Source: Lytechinus pictus (Eukaryota). From it: a stretch of DNA of 64,000 nt. Of the stretch, positions 25,301 through 40,300 are shown in pieces. The stretch's first letter is position 1; every line of letters begins with the position of its first letter. The notes under the pieces are model-generated. The model ran no database searches. It was not told where the DNA came from and saw nothing but the letters and a program-made list of their open reading frames with translations. The DNA lies in assembly GCF_037042905.1 (NCBI RefSeq), contig NC_087250.1:10914001-10978000 (forward strand). Reading direction: 5' to 3'. The position numbers and the translations under genes are program-made.

Positions 25301-28300
25301 AAGGAATAGTGAACAAAGACCATTAAAATATAAATACATGAAGGTGTATACTTACGGGCTGTTAAATAAGGAAAAAGAGAAAGGATAACAAAAATATAAA
25401 AATATTAAGGAATATTTTAGAAAACCCTCTTCGAAACGTACTTTGAACTATTTTTGTATTGTTTTAGATATCGGCCTGATTTCAGAAAAGTAATTTTAGA
25501 GGATTGAAAAATGGAATTATTCATTATCATTACCCTAAACATCAGTGGATTTTTTTTTCGTACTTATACTGTGGGTTAATCAAGGTGACCCTACGTTGTA
25601 TTGAAAATATCTGATTTTTTGAAGGAAAAAAAAATTATATTGATATATTTGATGGACAAGAATCAATCTTATAGACATTCATCTAAATGATAGTCAAAAA
25701 TGCTTTGAAATATAAATGTATGTGGTGTATACTTACTTTCTGCCAAATAAGATAAGGAAAAAAGAGGAAGAATAACAAAAGATAAAAGCATTAAGGAATA
25801 TTTTCGAATACACTCTTCGAAACGTACTTGGAACTATTTGTATTGTTTAAGAGGTTGGCCTGATTTAAAAAAAATATATTTTAGAGGATTGAAAAATGGA
25901 AAAATTTCATTGTCATTACCCTAAATATCAATGGATTTATTTCGTACTTATACTGTGGGTAAATCAAGGTGACCATACGTTGTATTGAAAATATCTGATT
26001 TCATGAAATAACTTTTCCACTGATATATTGAATAGACAAAAATATATTTTGACATTTCTCTAAGGAATATTGAACAAAGACCATTAAAATATAAATACAT
26101 GAAGGTGTATACTTACGGGCTGTTAAATAAGGAAAAAGAGAAAGGATAACAAAAATATAAAAATATTAAGTAATATTTTAGAAAACGCTCTTCGAAACGT
26201 ACTTTGAACTATTTTTGTATTGTTTTAGATATCGGCCTGATTTCAGAAAAGTAATTTTAGAGGATTGAAAAATGGAATTATTCTTTATCATTACCCTAAA
26301 CATCAGTGGATTTTTTTTTCGTACTTATACTGTGGGTTAATCAAGGTGACCCTGCGTTGTATTGAAAATATCTGATTTTTTGAAGGAAAAAAAATTTCTA
26401 TTGATATATTGGATGGACAAGAATCAATCTTATAGACATTCATCTAAATGATAGTCAAAAATGCTTTGAAATATAAATGTATGTGGTGTATACTTACTTT
26501 CTGCCAAATAAGATAAGGAAAAAAGAGGAAGAATAACAAAATATAGAAGCATTAAGAAAACTTTTCGAAAACGCTCTTCGAAACGGACTTGGAAATATTT
26601 GAATTGTTTAAGAGGTTGGCCTGATTTAAAAAAAAATAATTTTAAAGGATTGAAAAATGGAATAATTTCATTGTCATTACCCTAAATATCAATGGATTTA
26701 TTTCGTACTTATCCTGTGGGTAAATCAAGGTGACCATACGTTGTATTGAAAATATCTGATTTCATGAAATAACTTTTCGATTGATATATTGAATAGACAC
26801 AAATATATTTTTACATTTCTCTAAGGAATAGTGAACAAAGACCATTAAAATATAAATACATGAAGGTGTATACTTACCGTCTGTCAAATAACGTAAGGAA
26901 AAAGAGATAAAATAACAAAAGATAAAAGCATTAAGGAATATTTTCGAATACACTCTTCGAAACGTACTTGGAACTATTTGTATTGTTTAAGAGGTTGGCC
27001 TGATTTCAAAAAAGTAATTTTAGAGGATTGAAAAATGGAATTATTCATTATCATTGCCCTAAACATCAGTGGATTTTTTTTCGTACTTATACTGTGGGTT
27101 AATCAAGGTAATCCTACGTTGTATTATTTTTTTTAAGAAAAAAAAAATTTATATTGATATATTGGATGGACAAGAATCAATCTTATAGACATTCATCTAA
27201 ATGATAGTCAAAAATGCTTTGAAATATAAATACATGAAGGTGTATACTTACGGCCTGTTAAATAAGGAAAAAGAGAAAGGATAACAAAAATATAAAAATA
27301 TTAAGGTATATTTTAGGAAACGCTCTTCGAAACGTACTTATAACTATTTATATTGTTTTAGAGGTTGGTGTGATTTGAAAAAAATAATTTCAGAGGATTG
27401 AAAAATTGAATTATTTTATTGTCATTACCCTAAATATCAAAGGATTTTTTCTCGTACTGTGGGTTAATCAAGATGACCATGCGTTGTATTAAAAATATCT
27501 GAAGGTGTATACTTAAGACCTGTTAAATAAGGAAAAAGAGAAAGGATAACAAAAATATAAAAATATTTTAGAAAACGCTCTCCGAAACGTACTTTGAACT
27601 ATTTTTGTATTGTTTAAGAGGTTGGCCTGATTTAAAAAAAAATAATTTTAGAGGATTGAAAAATGGAATTATTCATTATCATTACCCTAAACATCAGTGG
27701 ATTTTTTTTCGTACTTATACTGTGGGTTAATCAAGGTGACCCTACGTTGTATTGAAAATATCTGATTTTTTTAAATAACTTTTCCATTGATATATTGAAT
27801 AGACAAAAATATATTTTTACATTTCTTTAAGGAATAGTGAACAAAGACCATTAAAATATAAATACATGAAGGTGTATACTTACCGTCTGTCAAATAACGT
27901 AAGGAAAAAGAGATAGAATAACAAAAGATAAAAGCATTAAGGAATATTTTCGAATACACTCTTCGAAACGTACTTGGAACTATTTGTATTGTTTAAGAGG
28001 TTGGCCTGATTTAAAAAAAAAATAATTTTAGAGGATTGAAAAATGGAAAAATGTCATTGTCATTACCCTAAATATCAATGGATTTATTTCGTACTTATAC
28101 TGTGGGTAAATCAAGGTGACCATACGTTGTATTGAAAATATCTGATTTCATGAAATAACTTTTCCACTGATATATTGAATAGACAAAAATATATTTTGAC
28201 ATTTCTCTAAGGAATAGTGAACAAAGACCATTAAAATATAAATACATGAAGGTGTATACTTACGGGCTGTTAAATAAGGAAAAAGAGAAAGGATAACAAA

Positions 28301-31300
28301 AATATAAAAATATTAAGGAATATTTTAGAAAACCCTCTTCGAAACGTACTTTGAACTATTTTTGTATTGTTTTAGATATCGGCCTGATTTCAGAAAAGTA
28401 ATTTTAGAGGATTGAAAAATGGAATTATTCATTATCATTACCCTAAACATCAGTGGATTTTTTTTTCGTACTTATACTGTGGGTTAATCAAGGTGACCCT
28501 ACGTTGTATTGAAAATATCTGATTTTTTGAAGGAAAAAAAAATTATATTGATATATTTGATGGACAAGAATCAATCTTATAGACATTCATCTAAATGATA
28601 GTCAAAAATGCTTTGAAATATAAATGTATGTGGTGTATACTTACTTTCTGCCAAATAAGATAAGGAAAAAAGAGGAAGAATAACAAAATATAGAAGCATA
28701 AAGAAAACTTTTCGAAAACGCTCTTCGAAACGGACTTGGAAATATTTGAATTGTTTAAGAGGTTGGCCTGATTTCAAAAAAATAATTTTAAAGGATTGAA
28801 AAATTGAATAATTTCATTGTCATTACCCTAAATATCAATGGATTTATTTCGTACTTATCCTGTGGGTAAATCAAGGTGACCATACGTTGTATTGAAAATA
28901 TCTGATTTCATGAAATAACTTTTCGATTGATATATTGAATAGACACAAATATATTTTTACATTTCTCTAAGGAATAGTGAACAAAGACCATTAAAATATA
29001 AATACATGAAGGTGTATACTTACCGTCTGTCAGATAACATAAGGATGAAGAGAAAGATAAAGAAAATGTAGAAGCATTAAGGAATATTTTCGAAAACGCT
29101 CTTCAAAACGTACTTGGAACTACTTGTATTGTTTAAGAGGTCGGTCTGATTTAAAAAAAAAAATTAGAGGATTAAAAAATAACATTATTTTATTGTCATT
29201 ACCCTAAATATTAATTATTTTTTTTTCTCGTATCGTGGGTTAATCAAGGTGACCATACGTTGTATTGAAAATAGCTGATTTCATGAAATAACTTTTCCAT
29301 TGATATATTGAATAGACACAAATATATTTTTACATTTCTCTAAGGAATAGTGAACAAAGACCATTAAAATATAAATACATGAAGGTGTATACTTACCGAC
29401 TGTCAGATAACATAAGGATGAAGAGAAAGATAAAGAAAATGTAGAAGCATTAAGGAATATTTTCGAAAACGCTCTTCAAAACGTACTTGGAACTACTTGT
29501 ATTGTTTAAGAGGTCGGTCTGATTAAAAAAAAAAATTTAGAGGATTAAAAAATAACATTATTTTATTGTCATTACCCTAAATATTAATTAATTTTTTTTC
29601 TCGTATCGTTGGTTAATCAAGGTGACCATACGTTGTATTGAAAATATCTGATTTTTTGAAGAAAAAAAAAATTTCTATTGATATATTGGATGGACAAGAA
29701 TCAATCTTATAGACATTCATCTAAATGATAGTCAAAAATGCTTTGAAATATAAATGTATGTGGTGTATACTTACTTTCTGCCAAATAGGATAAGGAAAAA
29801 AGAGGAAGAATAACAAAATATAGAAGCATTAAGAAAACTCTTCGAAAACGCTCTTCGAAACGGCCTTGGAAATATTTGAATTGTTTAAGAGGTTGGCCTG
29901 ATTTCAAAAAAATAATTTTAGAGGATTGAAAAATGGAATAATTTCATTTTCATTACCCTAAATATCAATGGATTTATTTCGTACTTATCCTGTGGGTAAA
30001 GCAAGGTGACCATACGTTGTATTGAAAATATCTGATTTCATGAAATAACTTTTCCATTGATATATTGAATAGACAAAAATATATTTTTACATTTCTCTAA
30101 GGAATAGTGAACAAAGACCATGAAAATATAAATACATTAAGGTGTATACTTACTGGCTGTTAAATAAGGAAAAAGAGAAAGGATAACAAAAATATAAAAA
30201 TATTAAGGTATATTTTAGGAAACGCTCTTCGAAACGTACTTAGAACTATTTATATTGTTTTAGAGGTTGGCCTGATTTCAAAAAAGTAATTTTAGAGGAT
30301 TGAAAAATTGAATTATTTGATTGTCATTATTCTAAATATCAATGGATTTTTTTCTCATACTGTGGGTTAATCAGGGTGACCATACGTTGTATTAAAAATA
30401 TCTGATTTCATGAAATAACTTTTCCATTGATATATTGAATAGACACAAATATATTTTACATTTCTCTAAGGAATAGTGAACAAAGACCATTAAAATATAA
30501 ATATATGAAGGTGTATACTTACCGTCTGTCAAATAACGTAAGGAAAAAGAGATAGAATAACAAAAGATAAAAGCATTAAGGAATATTTTCGAATACACTC
30601 TTCGAAACGTACTTGGAACTATTTGTATTGTTTAAGAGGTTGTCCTGATTTAAAAAAAATAATAATTTTAGAGGATTGAAAAATGGAATAATTTCATTGT
30701 CATTACCCTAAATATCAATGGATTTATTTCGTACTTATACTGTGGGTAAATCAAGGTTACCATACGTTGTATTGAAAACAGCTGATTTCATGAAATAACT
30801 TTTCCACTGATATATTGAATAGACAAAAATATATTTTGACATTTCTCTAAGGAATAGTGAACAAAGACCATTAAAATGTAAATACATGAAGGTGTATACT
30901 TACCGTCTGTCAAATAACGTAAGGAAAAAGAGATAGAATAACAAAAGATAAAAGCATTAAGGAATATTTTCGAATACACTCTTCGAAACGTACTTGGAAC
31001 TATTTGTATTGTTTAAGAGGTTGGCCTGATTTAAAAAAAATAATAATTTTAGAGAATTGAAAAATTGAATAATTTCATTGTCATTACCCTAAATATCAAT
31101 GGATTTATTTCGTACTTATACTGTGGGTAAATCAAGGTGACCATACGTTGTATTGAAAATAGCTGATTTCATGAAATAACTTTTCAACTGATATATTGAA
31201 TAGACAAAAATACATTTTGACATTTCTCTAAGGAATAGTGAACAAAGACCATTAAAATATAAATATATGAAGGTGTATACTTACCGTCTGTCAAATAACG

Positions 31301-34300
31301 TAAGGAAAAAGAGATAGAATAACAAAAGATAAAAGCATTAAGGAATATTTTCGAATACACTCTTCGAAACGTACTTGGAACTATTTGTATTGTTTAAGAG
31401 GTTGGCCTGATTTAAAAAAAATAATAATTTTAGAGGATTGAAAAATGGAATAATTTCATTGTCATTACCCTAAATATCAATGGATTTATTTCGTACTTAT
31501 ACTGTGGGTAAATCAAGGTTACCATACGTTGTATTGAAAATAGCTGATTTCATGAAATAACTTTTCCACTGATATATTGAATAGACAAAAATATATTTTG
31601 ACATTTCTCTAAGGAATAGTGAACAAAGACCATTAAAATGTAAATACATGAAGGTGTATACTTACCGTCTGTCAAATAACGTAAGGAAAAAGAGATAGAA
31701 TAACAAAAGATAAAAGCATTAAGGAATATTTTCGAATACACTCTTCGAAACGTACTTGTAACTATTTGTATTGTTTAAGAGGTTGGCCTGATTTCAAAAA
31801 AGTAATTTTAGAGGATTGAAAAATGGAATTATTCATTATCATTACCCTAAACATCAGTGGATTTTTTTTTCGTACTTATACTGTGGGTTAATCAAGGTGA
31901 CCCTACGTTGTATTGAAAATATCTGATTTTTTTGAAGAAAAAAGATTTTTCTATTGATATATTGGATGGACAAGAATCAATCTTATACACATTCATCTAA
32001 ATGATAGTCAAAAATGCTTTGAAATATAAATACATGAAGGTGTATACTTACGGCCTGTTAAATAAGGAAAAAGAGAAAGGATAACAAAAAAAAAAGAAGC
32101 ATTAAGAAAAATTTTCGAAAACGCTCTTTGAAACGTACTTTGAACTATTTGTATTGTTTAAGAAGTTGGCCTGATTTCAAAAATTTGTTTAGAGGATTGA
32201 AAAATGGAATGATTTCATTGTCATTACCCTAAATATCAATGGATTTGTTTCGTACTTATACTGTGGGTTAATCAAGGTGACCATACGTTGTATTGAAAAT
32301 ATCTGATTTCATGAAAATATATTTTCCATTGATAATATTTGATTGACAAAAATCAAGCTTATAGACATTCATCTAAATGATTGTCAAAAATACTTTGAAA
32401 TATGAATGTTTGTGGTGTATATTTACCGACTTTCAAATAACGTAAGGAAAAAGAGATAGAATAACAAAAGATAAAAGCATTAAGGAATATTTTCGAATAC
32501 ACTCTTCGAAACGTACTTGGAACTATTTGTATTGTTTAAGAGGTTGGCCTGATTTAAAAAAAATAATAATTTTAGAGAATTGAAAAATTGAATAATTTCA
32601 TTGTCATTACCCTAAATATCAATGGATTTATTTCGTACTTATACTGTGGGTAAATCAAGGTGACCATACGTTGTATTGAAAATAGCTGATTTCATGAAAT
32701 AACTTTTCCACTGATATATTGAATAGACAAAAATATATTTTGACATTTCTCTAAGGAATAGTGAACAAAGACCATTAAAATGTAAATACATGAAGGTGTA
32801 TACTTACCGTCTGTCAAATAACGTAAGGAAAAAGAGATAGAATAACAAAAGATAAAAGCATTAAGGAATATTTTCGAATACACTCTTCGAAACGTACTTG
32901 GAACTATTTGTATTGTTTAAGAGGTTGGCCTGATTAAAAAAAAATAATAATTTTAGAGGATTGAAAAATGGAATAATTTAATTGTCATTACCCTAAATAT
33001 CAATGGATTTATTTCGTACTTATACTGTGGGTAAATCAAGGTTACCATACGTTGTATTGAAAATAGCTGATTTGATGAAATAACTTTTCCACAGATATAT
33101 TGAATAGACAAAAATATATTTTGACATTTCTCTAAGGAATAGTGAACAAAGACCATTAAAATGTAAATACATGAAGGTGTGTACTTACCGTCTGTCAAAT
33201 AACGTAAGGAAAAAGAGATAGAATAACAAAAGATAAAAGCATTAAGGAATATTTTCGAATACACTCTTCGAAACGTACTTGGAACTATTTGTATTGTTTA
33301 AGAGGTTGGCCTGATTTAAAAAAAATAATAATTTTAGAGGATTGAAAAATGGAATAATTTAATTGTCATTACCCTAAATATCAATGGATTTATTTCGTAC
33401 TTATACTGTGGGTAAATCAAGGTGACCATACGTTGTATTGAAAATAGCTGATTTCATGAAATAACTTTTCCACTGATATATTGAATAGACAAAAACATAT
33501 TTTGACATTTCTCTAAGGAATAGTGAACAAAGACCATTAAAATATAAATACATGAAGGTGTATACTTACCGTCTGTCAAATAACGTAAGGAAAAAGAGAT
33601 AGAATAACAAAAGATAAAAGCATTAAGGAATATTTTCGAATACACTCTTCGAAACGTACTTGTAACTATTTGTATTGTTTAAGAGGTTGGCCTGATTTCA
33701 AAAAAGTAATTTTAGAGGATTGAAAAATGGAATTATTCATTATCATTACCCTAAACATCAGTGGATTTTTTTTCGTACTTATACTGTGGGTTAATCAAGG
33801 TGACCCTACGTTGTATTGAAAATATCTGATTTTTTTGAAGAAAAAAAAATTTTCTATTGATATATTTGATGGACAAGAATCAATCTTATAGACATTCATC
33901 TAAATGATAGTCAAAAATGCTTTGAAATATGAATGTTTGTGGTGTATATTTACCGACTTTCAAATAACGTAAGGAAAAAGAGATAGAATAACAAAAGATA
34001 AAAGCATTAAGGAATATTTTCGAATACACTCTTCGAAACGTACTTGGAACTATTTGTATTGTTTAAGAGGTTGGCCTGATTTAAAAAAAATAATAATTTT
34101 AGAGGATTGAAAAATTGAATAATTTCATTGTCATTACCCTAAATATCAATGGATTTATTTCGTACTTATACTGTGGGTAAATCAAGGTGACCATACGTTG
34201 TTTTGAACATATCTAACTTCATGAGGAAACCTTTTCCACTGATATATTGAATAGACAAAAATATATTTTGACATTTCTCTAAGGAATAGTGAACAAAGAC

Positions 34301-37300
34301 CATTAAAATATAAATACATGAAGGTGTATACTTACAGGCTGTTAAATAAGGAAAAAGAGAAAGGATAATAAAAATATAAAAATATTAAGGAATATTTTAT
34401 AAAACGCTCTTCGAAACGTACTTTGAACTATTTTTGTATTGTTTAAGAGGTTGGCCTGATTTAACAAAAAATAATTTTAGAGGATTGAAAAATTGAATTA
34501 TTCATTATCATTACCCTAAACATCAGTTGATTTTTTTTTCGTACTTATACTGTGGGTTAATCAAGGTGACCCTACGTTGTATTGAAAATATCTGATTTTT
34601 TAAAATAACTTTTCCATTGATATATTGAATAGACAAAAATATATTTTGACATTTCTCTAAGGAATAGTGAACAAAGACCATTAAAATATAAATACATGAA
34701 GGTGTATACTTACGGGCTGTTAAATAAGGAAAAAGAGAAAGAATAACAAAATATAGAAGCATTAAGAAAACGTTTCGAAAACGCTCTTCGAAACGGACTT
34801 GGAAATATTTGTATTGTTTAAGAGGTTGGCCTGATTTCAAAAAAATAATTTTAGAGGATTGAAAAATGGAACAATTTCATTGTCATTACCCTAAATATCA
34901 ATTGATTTATTTCGTACTTATACTGTAGGTAAATCAAGGTGACCATACGTTGTATTGAACATATCTAACTTCATGAGGAAACCTTTTCCACTGATATATT
35001 AAATAGACAAAAATATATTTTGACATTTCTCTAAGGAATAGTGAACAAAGACCATTAAAATATAAACACATGAAGGTGTATACTTACGGGCTGTTAAATA
35101 AGGAAAAAGAGAAAGAATAACAAAATATAGAAGCATTAAGAAAACTTTTTCGAAAACGCTCTTCGAAACGGACTTGGAAATATTTGAATTGTTTAAGAGG
35201 TTGGCCTGATTTCAGAAAAATAATTTTAGAGGATTGAAAAATGGAATAATTTTATTGTCATTACCGTAAACATCAATGGATTTTTTTTTCGTACTTATAC
35301 TGTGGGTTAATCAAGGTGACCCTACGTTGTATTGAAAATATCTGATTATTTTGAAAAAAAAAAAATTTTCTATTGATATATTGGATGGACAAGAATCAAT
35401 CTTATAGACATTCATCTAAATGATAGTCAAAAATGCTTTGAAATTTCTCTAAGGAATAGTGAACAAAGACCATTAAAATATAAATACATTAAGGTGTATA
35501 CTTACGGGCTGTTAAATAAGGAAAAAGAGAAAGGATAACAAAAATATAAAAATATTAAGGAATATTTTAGAAAACGCTCTTCGAAACGTACTTTGAACTA
35601 TTTTTGTATTGTTTTAGATGTCGGCCTGATTTCAAAAAAGTAATTTTAGAGGATTGAAAAATTGAATTATTTTATTGTCATTACCCTAAATATCAATGGA
35701 TTTATTTCGTACTTATACTGTGGGTTAGTCAAGGTAACCATACGTTGTATTAAAAATATCTGATTTCATGAGGAAACCTTTTCCACTGATATATTGAATA
35801 GACAAAAATATATTTTGACATTTCTCTAAGGAATAGTGAACAAAGACCATTAAAATATAAATACATGAAGGTGTATACTTACGGCCTGTTAAATAAGGAA
35901 AAAGAGAAAGGATAACAAAAATATAAAAATATTAAGGTATATTTTAGGAAACGCTCTTCGAAACGTACTTAGAACTTTTTATATTGTTTTAGAGGTTGGC
36001 CTGATTTCAAAAAAGTAATTTTAGAGGATTGAAAAATTGAATTATTTGATTGTCATTATTCTAAATATCAATGGATTTTTTTCTCATACTGTGGGTTAAT
36101 CAGGGTGACCATGCGTTGTATTAAAAATATCTGATTTTATGAAAATAACTTTTTCTATTGATATAGTGGATAGACAAAAATCAAGCTTATAAACATTCAT
36201 CTAAATGATAGTCAAAAATACTTTGAAATATAAACGTATGTGGTGTATACTTACTGACTGTCAGATAACGTAAGGATAAAGAGAAAGATTAAGAAAATGT
36301 AGAAGCATAAAGGAATATTTTAGAAAACGCTCTTCGAAACGGACTTGGAAATATTTGAATTGTTTAAGAGGTTGGCCTGATTTCAAAAAAATAATTTTAG
36401 AGGATTGAAAAATTGAATAATTTCATTGTCATTACCCTAAATATCAATGGATTTATTTCGTACTTATACTGTGGGTAAATCAAGGTGACCATACGTTGTT
36501 TTGAACATATCTAACTTCATGAGGAAACCTTTTCCACTGATATATTGAATAGACAAAAATATATTTTGACATTTCTCTAAGGAATAGTGAACAAAGACCA
36601 TTAAAATATAAATACATGAAGGTGTATACTTACAGGCTGTTAAATAAGGAAAAAGAGAAAGGATAACAAAAATATAAAAATATTAAGGAATATTTTATAA
36701 AACGCTCTTCGAAACGTACTTTGAACTATTTTTGTATTGTTTAAGAGGTTGGCCTGATTTAACAAAAAATAATTTTAGAGGATTGAAAAATTGAATTATT
36801 CATTATCATTACCCTAAACATCAGTGGATTTTTTTTCGTACTTATACTGTGGGTTAATCAAGGTGACCCTACGTTGTATTGAAAATATCTGATTTTTTTA
36901 AATAACTTTTCCATTGATATATTGAATAGACAAAAATATATTTTGACATTTCTCTAAGGAATAGTGAACAAAGACCATTAAAATATAAATACATGAAGGT
37001 GTATACTTACGGGCTGTTAAATAAGGAAAAAGAGAAAGAATAACAAAATATAGAAGCATTAAGAAAACTTTTCGAAAACGCTCTTCGAAACGGACTTGGA
37101 AATATTTGTATTGTTTAAGAGGTTGGCCTGATTTCAAAAAAATAATTTTAGAGGATTGAAAAATGGAACAATTTCATTGTCATTACCCTAAATATCAATT
37201 GATTTATTTCGTACTTATACTGTAGGTAAATCAAGGTGACCATACGTTGTATTGAACATATCTAACTTCATGAGGAAACCTTTTCCACTGATATATTAAA

Positions 37301-40300
37301 TAGACAAAAATATATTTTGACATTTCTCTAAGGAATAGTGAACAAAGACCATTAAAATATAACACATGAAGGTGTATACTTACGGGCTGTTAAATAAGGA
37401 AAAAGAGAAAGAATAACAAAATATAGAAGCATTAAGAAAACTTTTTCGAAAACGCTCTTCGAAACGGACTTGGAAATATTTGAATTGTTTAAGAGGTTGG
37501 CCTGATTTCAAAAAAATAATTTTAGAGGATTGAAAAATGGAACAATTTCATTGTCATTACCCTAAATATCAATTGATTTATTTCGTACTTATACTGTAGG
37601 TAAATCAAGGTGACCATACGTTGTATTGAACATATCTAACTTCATGAGGAAACCTTTTCCACTGATATATTAAATAGACAAAAATATATTTTGACATTTC
37701 TCTAAGGAATAGTGAACAAAGACCATTAAAATATAAACACATGAAGGTGTATACTTACGGGCTGTTAAATAAGGAAAAAGAGAAAGAATAACAAAATATA
37801 GAAGCATTAAGAAAACTTTTTCGAAAACGCTCTTCGAAACGGACTTGGAAATATTTGAATTGTTTAAGAGGTTGGCCTGATTTCAGAAAAATAATTTTAG
37901 AGGATTGAAAAATGGAATAATTTTATTGTCATTACCCTAAACATCAGTGGATTTTTTTTTCGTACTTATACTGTGGGTTAATCAAGGTGACCCTACGTTG
38001 TATTGAAAATATCTGATTTTTTTTTAAGAAAAAAAAAATTTCTATTGATATATTGGATGGACAAGAATCAATCTTATAGACATTCATCAAAATGATAGTC
38101 AAAAATGCTTTGAAATATAAATACATGAAGGTGTATACTTACGGCCTGTTAAATAAGGAAAAAGAGAAAGGATAACAAAAATATAAAAATATTAAGGTGT
38201 ATTTCAGGAAACGCTCTTCGAAACGTACTTAGAACTATTTATATTGTTTTAGAGTTTGGCCTGATTTCAAAAAAGTAATTTTAGAGGATTGAAAAATTGA
38301 ATTATTTGATTGTCATTATTCTAAATATCAATGGATTTTTTTCTCATAATGTGGGTTAATCCCGGTGACCATACGTTGTATTAAAAATATCTGATTTTAT
38401 GAAAATAACTTTTTCTATTGATATAGTGGATAGACAAAAATCAAGCTTATAAACATTCATCTAAATGATAGTCAAAAATACTTTGAAATATAAACGTATG
38501 TGGTGTATACTTACTGACTGTCAGATAACGTAAGGATAAAGAGAAAGATTAAGAAAATGTAGAAGCATAAAGGAATATTTTAGAAAACGCTCTTCGAAAC
38601 GGACTTGGAAATATTTGAATTGTTTAAGAGGTTGGCCTGATTTCAAAAAAAATAATTTTAGAGGATTGAAAAATTGAATAATTTCATTGTCATTACCCTA
38701 AATATCAATGGATTTATTTCGTACTTATGCTGTGGGTAAATCAAGGTGACCATACGTTGTATTGAAAATAGCTGATTTCATGAAATAACTTTTCCATTGA
38801 TATATTGGATAGACAAAATTCAAGCTTATAGACATTCATCTAAATGATAGTTAAAAATACTTTGAAATATAAATGTTTGTGGTGTATACTTAAGTTCTGC
38901 CAAATAAGATGATGAAACAGAGAAAGAATAACAAATAATAGAAGCATTAAGGAATATTTTCGAAAACGCTCTTCGAAACGTACTTTGAACAATTTGTTTG
39001 GTTTAAGAGGTTGGTCTGATTTGACATAAGTAGTTTTAGAGGATCGAAAAAAAGAATTATTTTATATTAATTACTCTAAAATTTAATGGATTTTTTTTTT
39101 CGAACTTAGACTGCGGGTAAATCAAGGTGACCATACGTTGTATTGAACATATCTTACTTCATGAGGAAACCTTTTCCACTGATATATTGAATACACAAAA
39201 ATATATTTTGAAATTTCTCTAAGGAATAGTGAACAAAGACCATTAAAATATGATTACATGAAGGTGTATACTTACCGTCTGTCAAATAAAGTAAGGAAAA
39301 AGAGAAAGAATAACAAGAGATAAAAGCATTTAGGAATATTTTCGAATACACTCTTCGAAACGTGATTGGAACTATTTGTATTGTTCAAAGAGGTCGGTGT
39401 GATTTCAAAAAAGTAATTTTAGAGGATTGAAAAATTGAATTATTTTATTGTCATTACCCTAAATATCAATGGATTTATTTCGTACTTATACTGTGGGTAA
39501 ATCAAGGTGACCATACGTTTTATTGAAAATATCTGATTTCATGAAATAACTTTTCCACTGATATATTGAATAGACAAAAATCAAGCTTGTAAACATTCAT
39601 CTAAATGATAGTCAAAATACTTTAAAATATAAACGTATGTGGTGTATACTTACCGACTGTCAGATAACGTAAGGATAAAGAGAAAGATTAAGAAAATGTA
39701 CAAGCATTAAGGAATATTTTAGAAAACGCTCTTCGAAACGTACTTTGAACTATTTGTATTGTTTAAGAGGTTGGCCTGATTTCAAAAAAATTATTTTAGA
39801 GGATTGAAAAATGGAATTATTTCATTATCATTACCCTAAATATCAGTGGATTTTTTTTCGTACTTATACTGTGGGTTTATCAAGGTGACCCTACGTTGTA
39901 TTGAAAATATCTGATTTTTTGAAAGAAAAAAAATTTCTATTGATATATTGGATGGACAAGAATCAATCTTATAGACATTCATCTAAATGATAGTCAAAAA
40001 TGCTTTGAAATATAAATGTATGTGGTGTATACTTACTTTCTGCCAAATAACGTAAGGAAAAAGATATAGAATAACAAAAGATAAAAGCATTAAGGAATAT
40101 TTTCGAATACACTCTTCGAAACGGAATTGGAAATATTTGAATTGTTTAAGAGTTTGGCCTGATTTCAAAAAAATAATTTTAGAGGATTGAAAAATGGAAT
40201 AATTTCATTGTCATTACCCTAAATATCAATGGATTTATTTCGTACTTATACTGTGGGTAAATCAAGGTGACCATACGTTGTATTGAAAATATCTGATTTC

